Shown in pieces: positions 12,601 to 24,877 of a DNA stretch of 64,000 nt; position 1 is the first letter of the stretch; each line of letters opens with the position of its first letter. Below the pieces are notes generated by a model that was not told where the DNA came from, ran no database searches, and worked only from the letters and a program-made list of their open reading frames with translations. The position numbers were made by a program, and so were the translations under genes. Origin of the DNA: Eledone cirrhosa (lineage: Eukaryota); contig OZ024764.1 of NCBI GenBank assembly GCA_964016885.1, positions 19,220,001 through 19,284,000 on the forward strand, given 5' to 3'.

Positions 12601-15087
12601 TAAAAGTAGTTATTAGTGACATTAGATTATACTGACTGATAAAAGTAGTTATTAGTGACATTAGATTATACTGACTGATAAAAGTAGTTATTAGTGACTT
12701 TAGATTATACTGACTGATAAAAGTAGTTATTAGTGACATGAGATTATACTGACTGATAAAAGTAGTTATTAGTGGCAGTAGATTATACTGACTGATAAAA
12801 GTAGTTATTAGTGGCATTAGATTATACTGACTGATAAAAGTAGTTATTAGTGACATTAGATTAAACTGACTGATAAAAGTAGTTATTAGTGACATGAGAT
12901 TAAACTGACTGATAAAAGTAGTTATTAGTGGCAGTAGATTATACTGACTGATAAAAGTAGTTATTAGTGACATTAGATTAAACTGACAGATAAAAGTAGT
13001 TATTAGTGACATGAGATTAAACTGACTGATAAAAGTAGTTATTAGTGGCAGTAGATTATACTGACTGATAAAAGTAGTTATTAGTGGCATTAGATTATAC
13101 TGACTGATAAAAGTAGTTATTAGTGACATTAGATTAAACTGACTGATAAAAGTAGTTATTAGTGACATGAGATTAAACTGACTGATAAAAGTAGTTATTA
13201 GTGGCAGTAGATTATACTGACTGATAAAAGTAGTTATTAGTGACATTAGATTAAACTGACAGATAAAAGTAGTTATTAGTGACATGAGATTAAACTGACT
13301 GATAAAAGTAGTTATTAGTGGCAGTAGATTATACTGACTGATAAAAGTAGTTATTAGTGACATTAGATTAAACTGACTGATAAAAGTAGTTATTAGTGAC
13401 ATGAGATTAAACTGACTGATAAAAGTAGTTATTAGTGGCAGTAGATTATACTGACTGATAAAAGTAGTTATTAGTGACATTAGATTAAACTGACAGATAA
13501 AAGTAGTTATTAGTGACATGAGATTAAACTGACTGATAAAAGTAGTTATTAGTGGCAGTAGATTATACTGACTGATAAAAGTAGTTATTAGTGGCATTAG
13601 ATTATACTGACTGATAAAAGTAGTTATTAGTGACATTAGATTAAACTGACTGATAAAAGTAGTTATTAGTGACATGAGATTAAACTGACTGATAAAAGTA
13701 GTTATTAGTGGCAGTAGATTATACTGACTGATAAAAGTAGTTATTAGTGACATTAGATTAAACTGACAGATAAAAGTAGTTATTAGTGACATGAGATTAA
13801 ACTGACTGATAAAAGTAGTTATTAGTGGCAGTAGATTATACTGACTGATAAAAGTAGTTATTAGTGACATTAGATTAAACTGACAGATAAAAGTAGTTAT
13901 TAGTGACATTAGATTAAACTGACTGATAAAAGTAGTTATTAGTGACATTAGATTATACTGACTGATAAAAGTAGTTATTAGTGACAGTCGATTAAACTGA
14001 CTGATAAAAGTAGTTATTAGTGACATTAGATTAAACTGACTGATAAAAGTAGTTATTAGTGACATTAGATTAAACTGACTGATAAAAGTAGTTATTAGTG
14101 ACATTAGATTAAACTGACTGATAAAAGTAGTTATTAGTGACATTAGATTAAACTGACTGATAAAAGTAGTTATTAGTGACATTAGATTAAACTGACTGAT
14201 AAAAGTAGTTATTAGTGACATTAGATTAAACTGACTGATAAAAGTAGTTATTAGTGACATTAGATTAAACTGACTGATAAAAGTAGTTATTAGTGACATT
14301 AGATTAAACTGACTGATAAAAGTAGTTATTAGTGACATTAGATTAAACTGACTGATAAAAGTAGTTATTAGTGACATTAGATTAAACTGACTGATAAAAG
14401 TAGTTATTAGTGACATTAGATTAAACTGACTGATAAAAGTAGTTATTAGTGACATTAGATTAAACTGACTGATAAAAGTAGTTATTAGTGACATTAGATT
14501 AAACTGACTGATAAAAGTAGTTATTAGTGACATTAGATTAAACTGACTGATAAAAGTAGTTATTAGTGACATTAGATTATACTGACTGATAAAAGTAGTT
14601 ATTAGTGACATTAGATTATACTGACTGATAAAAGTAGTTATTAGTGGCAGTAGATTATACTGACTGATAAAAGTAGTTATTAGTGACATTAGATTAAACT
14701 GACTGATAAAAGTAGTTATTAGTGACATTAGATTATACTGACTGATAAAAGTAGTTATTAGTGACATTAGATTATACTGACAGATAAAAGTAGTTATTAG
14801 TGAGATTAGATTAAACTGACTGATAAAAGTAGTTATTAGTGACATTAGATTAAACTGACTGATAAAAGTAGTTATTAGTGACAGTAGATTAAACTGACAG
14901 ATAAAAGTAGTTATTAGTGACATTAGATTATACTGACTGATAAAAGTAGTTATTAGTGACATTAGATTAAACTGACTGATAAAAGTAGTTATTAGTGACA
15001 TTAGATTATACTGACTGATAAAAGTAGTTATTAGTGACATTAGATTATACTGACAGATAAAAGTAGTTATTAGTGACATTAGATTAA
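3682..15087. repeat. 39-bp minisatellite, ~292 units, predicted intronic
   Basis: Unit ctgactgataaaagtagttattagtgacattagatta(a/t)a, contiguous with no spacers. Confidence 0.99.
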
Positions 15088-15222
15088 CCCTTTAGTATTC
15101 ACATTACTCTATATTTACTATTATATTTTCACAGTAAATGCTTTATCTCACATAATATCAAATCTATGAGATTTTGATGTTATTTATTTTGAGAACAATA
15201 CCTTAACATAAGTATAAGTGAA

Positions 15223-16928
15223 AAGTTCTAACAATATACTTAGCCAAAACTACAGTGCTAATGGATAGGAGAGAAGACCCTGACCCCTTCAGGAAAGTGG
15301 CCCTGCTCCATATGTAGAAAAGGAATAAGTAGAGATAACCACAATGACAGAGACCTAGTTATAATAGCAGGGGACTTCAATGGTCATGTTGGACAGCTCC
15401 AGGATGGATATACTGGGGTACATGGTGGTCATGGTTATGGCTCAAGAAATGAAGAAGGAGTGAGGCTTCTTGTATTTTGTGATGCAAGTGAACTAACCAT
15501 TTGCCACACTTCAAGAAACCTACCAACCACCTAATAACCTACCAATCAGGTGAGCACATGAGACAGATTGACTTCTTGCTAGTTAGGGAGTAAGACAGAT
15601 AGATGGTGTCAAATACTAAGGCATACCCCAGGGTACAATGTACCCCACCAACATAGGTTAGTCGTTAGTGACATCTCAGTAAGCAAGAGACAAAGTGAGA
15701 CATACAAGAAGGTTTGAAAAAGGAAGGTCTGGAAACTAAAAGACCTTTCACTAAAATATAAATTTAGGAAAGCCCTTCAAGATGTGTATGACGAAAAAGA
15801 AGACGATTTAGAGTCATATGACATGGATGATAACTGGAATTTCTTACGTTACAACTTACTGCAGGTTACTGAAGAAACTTGTGGCTGGAGCAGAGCTCCA
15901 ACCAGACAGAGGGTGACCTGGTGGTGGAACAGTACGGTAGATAGAGCCATTAGAGACAAAAGGCTTGGAAAAATGGTAGGGGTAGAGTCCGATACACAGC
16001 CGCTAAGAGAGAAGCTAGATGTCAGGTCTACTTAACATGCAGGGAGGCTGAGAGTAGAAGGTTTGCCAATGTCCTGCGATGGGGAGATCAGAAATGTGCG
16101 GTGTTCCACATTGCAAGGCAGTGTGTCAGTGTAAATCCCGATGTTGGTGCACTTAGTGTCACTGATTCTCAAAAAAAAGGGGGCCTGGAAATGTCATTAT
16201 GAGAGACTGATGAATGTGGAGAATGAAAGGGAGAGAAACTACCTTCAGTAGACCTGACAGAGGGACCAGCTATTGAGATTGACGACTATAGGGTCCAAGA
16301 GGCAATTAAGGAAATGAAAAATGGTAAGTCCGCTAGACCGTTGGGGATAGTTGCTGAGATGATGAAGGCATCAAGACAAGTAGGAATTAAACTGGTTGCA
16401 CGCATCATTAATCAAGCTATATATGGTGGTGTCATACAGAAGAGTTTTAAGACTGGCTGCCCATGGGAACTTCTCTATGCTGACGATCTGGTTCTTATAG
16501 CAGAATCAGTAGAGGAGCTAGAGAATAAATTCCGGCTATTGCAACAGCAGTTGGAATCAAGAGGACTGAGAGTGAACCTAGCTAAGACTAAAGTGTTGAT
16601 GAGTAGAAAAGAGGACAAAACTCTGATTCCATCAGGGAAATGGCCATGCTCGATATGTAGAAAAGGAGTTGGCATAAATTCTATAATGTACACAATGCAG
16701 ATCTTGGGTACACAAGAGATGTAGTTGGATAGCATGCAAACTAACAGGTAGGGAAAACTACATATGCAGTAGATGTACAGGGAAATTTGAGAGTAGAAGT
16801 TGCAGTGATAGACACATTTTTCAAATGCAGATGGGTTCTACAGAGGTGGTTGATTGTTTCCGATACCTAGGCGATCAGATTAGCAAGGAGGAGGGTGCTG
16901 TGAGGCCATAATATCTAGAGTAACGACG
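15223..16928 (+). mobile_element. Decayed RTE-clade LINE (endonuclease + RT fragments, internal deletion)
   Basis: AGDFNGHVG endonuclease motif, TWWWN, MKNGKS, CPWELLYADDLVLIAES, GLRVNLAKTKVL; frameshifts and stops. Confidence 0.92.
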
Positions 16929-16975
16929 AGTTGTCCTCACCAACAGGCCTCTAATTATAAAGGTTATTATTGACC

Positions 16976-17045
16976 AACACTAACACCCCCCAGGGTGGAC
17001 TGGACCAAGCCTAACACCCCCCAGGGTGGACTGAACCAACACGAA
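16976..17045. repeat. ~31-bp tandem repeat (also ~36583-36705, ~57830-57925)
   Basis: Unit aacactaacaccccccagggtggactgaacc, 2-4 copies. Confidence 0.8.
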
Positions 17046-17275
17046 TACCAAACGGATACCAAACGAATACCAAACGGAAACCCTAACCCTAATACTGGGG
17101 AATAAAACGTCTCTTGCAAGTATCTAAGGGGTTCAAAGAAAATATTCAAAAGGGGTCTAGAAAGAATTCTAAGAAAAATAATTATTTCCCACCCAACGTG
17201 AGGTGTGAGTAGATCTGTGAAACTACATCTCTTTGTATACTTTCACCCTACTTTTTCTACAAATCTAGTCGTTTC

Positions 17276-17500
17276 CGTGAGGGTACCTGGTGATCTCAGC
17301 ACCTTAGCCTCACCTTACTGAGGTGTCAGGTGATACCCGTGAGGGTACCTGGTTATTTCAGCACCTTAGCCTCACCTTAATGAGGTGTCAGGTGATACCC
17401 GTGAGGGTACCTGGTTATTTAAGCACCTTAGCCTCACCTTACTGAGGTGCTAGGTGACACCCGTGAGGGTACCTGGTTATTTCAGCACCTTAGCCTCACC
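17276..17500. repeat. 62-bp tandem repeat, ~3.6 units (also ~37927-38150, ~60451-60668)
   Basis: Unit cgtgagggtacctggttatttcagcaccttagcctcaccttactgaggtgtcaggtgatacc. Confidence 0.9.
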
Positions 17501-17600
17501 ATCACCAGTGTGTTGGCTTGCCTCAATGTAGTTAACCCCTAAGGTGTGAGGTAAAATATAGATAATTACCATAACATTTTATATTTCCAGTAATGAAACA

Positions 17601-18300
17601 CCATATCAATTGCTCCAATGCAGTTTATCATCTCGCCAAACTTGTTGGCACCAACTCTCTGTCGCCAAAGACTGCAATGTAAGATAGAAATAAAGCAGCT
17701 CTGGTACCATGTTGGCTCTCGTCGATCTCGACAATGATGGACTCACCATTGTCATCGAAGCCTCCAAGTTGTTGGCGATTTTCCTCCAAATATTGCTCGC
17801 AAATGTCTCGAATAAAATTGCACCAGTCAATAATTGTCGGTTGGGAGACTCCCGTTTCTCGAATCATCTCAGCTTGTGTATAATTGTAGCACCACATGTA
17901 TAAAATAAAAATAAGGTGATCGAGTGGCACATGGCTTCCTTGAAAAAAACAATTATGTCGCACTGCTTGGGAGACATTGTCGGGGTTACATCGCCATCTC
18001 CATTTCTTGTGAGTCTCAGAATAATGGTTTAATGTGCAGGTTTCATTACAAACAGGACAATTGACACTGTCACTGCCGTCTTACCAGCCACTCTAACATA
18101 GATTGTCATCGTGTATGACAGGTATAAGAGTAACAATTGTAATATTCTCATTAACGATGTCATTTACATCCAAAACATCAACTAACGTAGTGCCAGCCCG
18201 TAGTCGTCCAACCAGTTTTTGTATTCAGATAAACAATAGTTTTTAATGAATCGAAAATGAAAATAAATTTCATTTCTGACGTGAGACTTAAGGTTGAGCG
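17601..18300 (-). mobile_element. Merlin/IS1595 (ISXO2-like) transposase fragment
   Basis: CPVC...WRWRC zinc-ribbon-like region, GVSQPTIIDWCNFIRDIC helix region, LGG...IVEIDES first catalytic motif; segment absent from copy 3. Confidence 0.8.
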
Positions 18301-18362
18301 AAGAAAATATATATTTGTGATGTGAAAAGTGAGCTTAAATCTACAATATTAATAGACATTAT

Positions 18363-18495
18363 ACTTACATTATAGTTTCAGGTGTTTAGTATTTACAGAA
18401 ATGTTTTCTAAATGTTGTTGTAGGAAGACTAACACGTGGACAGGAAGTCGACAACTGCACCACTGCGCATGCTTCAATGTGTTTTTGTGACGTAA
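18363..18495 (-). promoter_or_regulatory. Predicted promoter and short non-coding exon 1 of ZNF copy 1
   Basis: TGACGT, TGCGCATG (NRF1-like), CAGGAAGT (ETS-like) and CACGTG within ~65 bp in CpG-poor DNA; AAT|GTAAGT donor at 18368 on the ZNF strand. Confidence 0.55.
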
Positions 18496-18865
18496 AAATA
18501 TTTTTACCGAATTAAATTCTGTAAAGTTTGTAATAAAAAAATAAAGTTGAAAACAGTAAATGTAATTAAAATAGAGAAAGTAAGGTGTTGGTGGTGAGGA
18601 ATGGACGGTAGACGTTTTACCTCAGTCTAGGTAGTGTATTTTACCTGTGTCACTCGGACAATAGCCAGCGATGACCACTACACCAACCACTCTCTCCTTC
18701 AGGTGGTGTCCACTTTCGTGAGTCTGTAGAATAACAGGGCAGTTGGAAGACAGAGGACAGCAGAGGAGGTCTTGACTTGAAAAGAGTATCACTTGATACC
18801 TCTATATAACCTGTTGGTAGAAATAGTAGGGTGCTGGATCAATCGAGTACCCTGGCATAGATCCC

Positions 18866-19027
18866 CGGGTATGTCGGTAAGATAGGGTCATATGGGGGCT
18901 AAACCGCCAGAACAGCTAAGTACGCTGGCAGAGATCACCGGGTACTTCGGTAAGATCGGGTCATGTGGAGGCTAAACCGCCAGAACAGCTAAGTACCCTC
19001 ACAAGAGTCATCGGGTATCTCGGTAAA
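18866..19027. repeat. ~72-bp degenerate tandem repeat (also ~39515-39676; ~4 units at ~61885-62125)
   Basis: Unit gggtatctcggtaagatcgggtcatatggaggctaaaccgccagaacagctaagtaccctgacagagatcacc. Confidence 0.8.
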
Positions 19028-20386
19028 GCCAGCTGCCAACAGTGACAACTTCGTTGTCAGCAGCCCAGCTTCTCAAATATTCACAGACTGGAATAAATTA
19101 CTGCCGATAATTACTGGTAGTTTAGCTTTTATTTTGTTCGTCTACGGAAGCAGTGACCCTCACTTTTACTACAGCATGTAGGATGTGGGAGGGAGAGAAA
19201 AACATCACTAACTGGGGTCTCACAAATGTGACAGTTAGTTTTGAAAATATATATACAAGATACAAGATAAATGACTAGACTGAAATATATTTGATAGGGA
19301 ATAAAGAGTAGAATATTCTAGTCTGTGGTGTTGGAGAAGTTTGGAGGAGATAGGTCCCTGACAACGAGGTTCTTGTTATCGTTGGCAGCTCTCCTTACCG
19401 AGGTGTCAGGTGATACATATGAGGGTGTTTGGTAGTTCCAACATCTTAGCCTTGCTATCACTCGAGGTAAGACTGTCTCAGAAAGTATTAGAGGGAGACT
19501 CCGGCACCCCATGTGATGTGAGACTGATTGACAGAGTGTTGACTTAATATTTTCATTTGTTGTGATTTTATGTGAAATATGTCTCTATATAAGTAACTTG
19601 GTTACGTGAATCATTGTGAATCTCGTAAATACTTAAACAGAAATCTACTTAGGACACAAAATAAAGCAGATTCCATTGAACAAAGTATTTAAAGGACGTA
19701 AATCAAAAAGAAGGGGGCGATGTAACGAGAGTTGTCTCCCCTTACATATGTTTTATGTTTTACTGTAGTAGGGGTATAGATGTGTTTGTCTGTCTCTCTC
19801 TCGGTATAAACTACCATTTGCACTGCCTCTGTTTTTTGTTCCTGTCTAATATTTAACTATATATATATATCCATCCCTCCAAAAATGATCAATTTAATTC
19901 TCTTTAACTCACTACATTCCACGACATGAAGTCTGCTATCAAAACTGACCAAAGAATCCTGCCACCTCTACCCCTCCCTCCATCTCAGTTTGTCACTCTA
20001 CTTCCTACCTCTTCCCCCTTCCTCTCTCTCTATACTATTCCGTCTGTCCCCTCACCTTCTGATTCCTCTCTCTCTATACTAGTAAATACAATTCCAAATA
20101 AATGTTTTTCTCTATATATTAAGAATTATTTCAAGAGTAACTTACTATTTTGAAAATTTGGACTGTGAACAACAATTATAATTGAGTGGCTGCTATTTGC
20201 AGGATAGAAATATAAGGTTGCACTTACCAATGAAACGGTCGTAAATACCTGGATAAAATCCTTCTCTTAATGCTTACCTGTGTTTTCTCTTTTATACTAT
20301 ATATACATATATACATATATATAATGGAATACTGTTGGCTTTTTGCTACAATAATTTCTATATTCTTCATTTATATATATATATAT

Positions 20387-20464
20387 CTTGAGGTTGTGAG
20401 TTCGATTCCTGGACGAGGCGATGCGTTATGACCTTGAGCAAGACACTTTATTTCACGTTGTTCC
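20387..20464 (+). mobile_element. tRNA-derived SINE 5' fragment (missing in copy 2)
   Basis: B-box-like gagttcgattcc followed by ccttgagcaagacactttatttcacgttg. Confidence 0.6.
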
Positions 20465-20580
20465 TTCTACCTGGAGTTGCGACCGATAGTACTAGCAATT
20501 GGAAAGACCAATGGAAACATTGCTTCCTCGGTCCGATTTGACGAAAGTCGATCGTTCCTTCATATATATATATACACACA

Positions 20581-22470
20581 CTGTGGTACCTTGACTTAAG
20601 AATATAATTTGTTCCGTGGACGACCTCGTAACTTAAATTACTCGTATGTCAAATCAATTTTCCCCACTGAAATAAATTAAAATGCCATTAATCCGTTCCA
20701 GACCCCCCAAAAACCACAGTTTCTTTTGTTACGTGTTTTTAAATAAGAAAAATGTACTTATAAATAACAAATATTGTATATAAAAAACAATACAATAGAA
20801 TGTACTACAATAAACTAGTTTTATTAAGTATAATGTACAGCATCTATCTTGGAGATCAGACGACTTGAGGATGTTGACGGAGGAGAAAGGATGAACTGAA
20901 TAACTGAATCTTATTCGCTGATTTTTGCCCTTTTCGCCACGCGTTCCTCACTTTTATCTGCAGGGATTTTCAATAAAAACCTGTCTAATGAGATTTGTTT
21001 CATCTCACTTGTTGAGATAACCTCCTCTGTGTCACCTATTTCCTTCAAAAACTCCGTGTGTTGCTGTGTCTGTAGCTCCTTTAATTCCTTCGTTGTCATC
21101 TCCTCGGAGTGCTCCTCGATGAGCTCGTTGATGTCACCTTCATCCATGTCCAGGCCCATGGAGTTACCGAGGGGTACAATCTCCTCCACCACTGCCGCTT
21201 CGGGTTCGAGTCTTTCAAAGTCTGTTTTAGACACAACTTCAGGCCACAGCTTCTTCCATGTAGAGGTCAAGGTCCTCTTTGTAAGACCCTGCCAGGTCAT
21301 ATCGATAATTCTGAGGCATATCACGATGTTATAATGGTCCTTCCAGACCTCTCAAGGGTGAAGTTTGTGCTCTCCGTCACTTCAAAGCAGCGACTGAACA
21401 GGTGCTTGGTGAAGAGCTTCTTGAAATTAGAAAGTACCTGCTGGTCCTTGGGCTGTAGGATAGGGGTGGTGTTTGGTGGAAGGTAGAGGACCTTTATAAA
21501 CTTGAACTCTTCGAGGTTAGGTGGGTGAGCAGGTGTATTGTCCAGAACAAGAAGGGTTTACAGGGGTAGGTTATTTTCATGGGGATATTTTTTAATGTCA
21601 GGACCAAATTCACCCAATCCACAACGAACTGCCTGGTGACCCATGCCCTCGGGTTTGCCCTCTACATAGCCTGCAGTTTTTCTTTCAGAATCTTATGTGA
21701 CTTAAAGTTTTCCGAATGATAAACGAGCGGCAACTTAATCTTACAGTCAACGTTCACAGTGGCACAGTGCGAGGGTTAGCCTATCCTTCATGGGTTTGTG
21801 GCCAGGCATCCTCTTCTCCTCTGCCGTTATATAAGTCCTCCTTGGCATCTTCTTCCAAAAAAGTCCTGTTTCATCACAGTTAAAGACTTGCTGAGGGATG
21901 TATCCTTTGGCTGCTATAATTCAGGCAAAGGTTTTGAGGTAATCCTCAGCTGCCTTCATATCCGCGCTCGCTGCCTCACCATGCCTGACAACGGAGTGAA
22001 TCCCGGTCCTCTTTTTAAAATTCTCAAACCAACCCTGACTGGCATTAAAGGGCTTGCCGATGGCTCGTCCGTAGAAGTACTTGGGGTCTGCTGCAGCAAA
22101 TCAGCGTAAATAGTTCGTGCCTTCTCACATATAATCTTCATCACGGTATCTCTTGCGAGCTGCTTCTCCATATTTTCATGGATAGAGGTCCGCTGTTTAG
22201 AAATTATTTTACCACCCTTAGCTGGGGTTATAGCCTTTATCAAGTCCACTACACACACACCTTGGACATGTTTTTCTATAATTTCTTTCTTTAATTCAAT
22301 ACACATCATCTGCTTCTTCTTCTCAGCACTGTCCTTCGCCCTCACTTTCTTCGAACCCATGGGATGCTGGACGAGTGTTATGGTATTCCCTGTGGCGGTC
22401 GCTATGCCAACTAGAACTGGAACTCAACGCAAAAAATCAGCCGAGGGACGGCTCGTATCTCGAAAAACTC
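20581..22470 (-). mobile_element. Tigger/pogo-type DNA transposon, decayed
   Basis: CENP-B-type HTH start (IELKKEIIEKH), DDE_1-like pieces (PLVYHSEN, RANPRAWVT, WKKLWPE), terminus ctgtggtaccttgacttaag. Confidence 0.88.
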
Positions 22471-22594
22471 TTTATGTGTGTGTTTGTATGTGTGTTTATA
22501 TGTATATTATAAAATTATAATATAGAAAACAGCGATCTTCTGATTACTGAAGCTGGTGCATTAGATATTTCACTGCCAACACTGTAAAGAGGTT

Positions 22595-23606
22595 GTGTAG
22601 GTGTCATGACAAAAAGTACCCAGTCCACACTGTAAAGTGGTCATCTAGATGTCACAACAAAAAGTACCCAGTCCACACTGTAAAGTGGTCATGTAGGTGT
22701 CACAACAAAAAGTACCCAGTCCACACTGTAAAGTGGTCATATAGGTGTCACAACAAAAATTACCCAGTCCACCCTGTAAAGTGGTCATGTATGTGTCACA
22801 ACAAAAAGTACCCAGTTCACACTCTAAAGTGGTCATGTATGTGTCACAACAAAAAGTACCCAGTACACACTGTATAGTGGTCATGTAGGTGTCACAACAA
22901 AAAGTACTAAATCCACACTGTAAAGTGGTGATGTAGGTGTCACAACAAAAAGTACCCAGTCCACACTGTAAAGTGCTCATGTAGGTGTCACAACAAAAAG
23001 CACCCAGACCACACTGTAAAGTGGTCATGTATGGTTATATTATAAATGTATGTATATGTGTGTGTATGTATGTATGTGTCACGACAAAAAGTACCCAGTC
23101 CACACGGTAAAGTGGTCATGTAGGTGTCACGACAAAAAGTACCCAGTCCACACGGTAAAGTGGTCATGTAGGTGTCACAACAAAAAGTACCCAGTCCACA
23201 CGGTAAAGTGGTCATGTAGGTGTCACAACAAAAAGTACCCAGTCTACACGGTAAAGTGGTCATGTAGGTGTCACAACAAAAAGTACCCAGTCCACACGGT
23301 AAAGTGGTCACATTGGTGTCATGGCAAAAAGTACCCAGTCCACACTATAAAGTGGTCATGCAGGTGTTACGAAAAAAAGTGCCCAGTTCACCCTGTAAAG
23401 TGGTCATGTAGGTGTCACGACAAAAAGCACCCAGTACTCAATGTAAATAAGGTTGGTGCTAGGAAGGGCATCCAGCTGTAGAAACCAAACCAAAATTGGT
23501 TCTGTAGGAGCAACACGTGGTCACCTGACCTGGCATTGCTTACAACAGGATAACTCGTCTAACCCATGCCAGGGTGGAAAAACTGATGTTAAACAGTGAT
23601 GATGAT
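22595..23606 (+). repeat. 48-bp minisatellite expanded from an RTE 3' UTR, followed by the RTE tail
   Basis: Unit gtgtcacaacaaaaagtacccagtccacactgtaaagtggtcatgtag matches ~58455-58540 of an RTE 3' end; continues into ggttggtgctaggaagggcatccagctgtagaaa...gatgatgat. Confidence 0.88.
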
Positions 23607-24010
23607 ATAACATTTGTTTAATGATGAATTCCAATCTCCTTGTTAACAGCTATAGATGTCAGGATGTGAACCTTTTTACTGAAATATCTTCTCCATGTTA
23701 GTGGTTGAAGAAGATTTAGAAAACTTTCACACAATAACTGTATTCCCTAACTTCTCCCCTAAAAAATACAAGACGAGCAGGGCCAGACTTTTACCTACTG
23801 AAGCCCTAAGTTATATGAAGTTAGAGGTTATTTTCTAAAAATATATAATTATCTTTTATATTAATGTTAATTATAAAGAATAAATAATATAATAAATATA
23901 CCACCATAGGTGCTGAGGTGGCTAGCTGCTGGTGTGAACCTCACAAGATGGAATAGCTCTTCCAGCACATCTAGAACATGACCCTCTAATATCTAGTATT
24001 TAGTAACAAA

Positions 24011-24381
24011 CTAGACCACCCGGGACCTGTTGGGTCACGTTCCCTTAAAACTATTTTTTAAAAGTCATTTTAAAATAGTTTTTAAATAGTTAAAATATAC
24101 ACATACATATATATATATCTATACACATACGTTTATATATATATATATACACACACATATTTTATTAAACAACACCACCAGCTCCCTCTCTCTCACAACC
24201 ACTATCTCTTTCTCTCCCTATATTTATCAAGGTACCCAGAAAACCCCGTATCTTGGGAACCTGTGCTCCAATTTATACAAAACTTGTTTTATTCCTTTCA
24301 AAGTATTTCCCCATTATGCACCGTTTTAGCTGTATTAAATTACGGACAAGACACAATCACAGAGTTTTAGTAGTATATAGA
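24011..24381 (-). mobile_element. Non-autonomous Helitron-like element (second copy 44568-44936)
   Basis: On minus strand A|TCTATATACTACTAAAACTC at 5' end; subterminal hairpin gacc-caaca-ggtc then CTAG|T at 3' end; no TSD. Confidence 0.75.
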
Positions 24382-24509
24382 TAATATAGCTTCAAATTAA
24401 AGTTAGTAAACGACAGTTTGGAGAAATCTGTAACATTTATTAAACATTCTTCAAGTTTCTCAATTCTATACAACAATAGTTTGTTAGTTAAAGTGTTTAG
24501 TTAGATGTT

Positions 24510-24877
24510 CTACATATAAAGAAGAGAGAATACTTTACCACAAATATTACAGTGGTATAATGATGTTCCCATCTCTTCTGGAAAATATTCCTATGTTGAT
24601 GTAAATATTTCTATTGTTCATAATTTTATCAAATGTGATCTTTGTCAATATCCAAATATTTCGAAAACTCCTTTGTAAATATCCAAAGTTCAATCAGAAT
24701 GTAAAATCATCTTGTAAATATTCCAGACAGTGAAAAAGGAAAATGTTGTTATTTATCTCAATTCAGAAGAAATATTTCACCATAATTCACCACAGACTAA
24801 ACAAGTTTATATCACTTGAATGTAACATCTTTCTGTTGTCTTTAAAAGACTCTTTTCTGTCAAGGTCATGTGATATT
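24510..24877 (-). pseudogene. Relic half-finger ZNF exon, copy 2
   Basis: Near-identical to 107-468; [20 protein letters not shown] at 24572-24510. Confidence 0.75.

Noticed and set aside
3682-15087. CRISPR array
   Set aside because: Units are contiguous with no unique spacers, no cas genes, eukaryotic context
15223-16928. Active LINE or domesticated reverse transcriptase
   Set aside because: Multiple stops, frameshifts and deletions in all copies
17079-17092. Interstitial telomere repeat (aaccctaaccctaa)
   Set aside because: Only two units and mutated in copy 3
17601-18300. Bacterial IS1595 contamination or horizontal transfer
   Set aside because: Eukaryotic Merlin elements share this domain; the fragment is decayed and embedded in duplicated host DNA
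19318-20153. 64- and 75-aa ORFs recurring between copies
   Set aside because: No recognisable motifs, low complexity; recurrence is due to the duplication
22593-23481. Cys/His-rich CRCHNKKYPVHTVKWS ORFs as metal-binding proteins
   Set aside because: Translations of a 48-bp minisatellite derived from an RTE 3' UTR; open on both strands and frameshifted in copy 2
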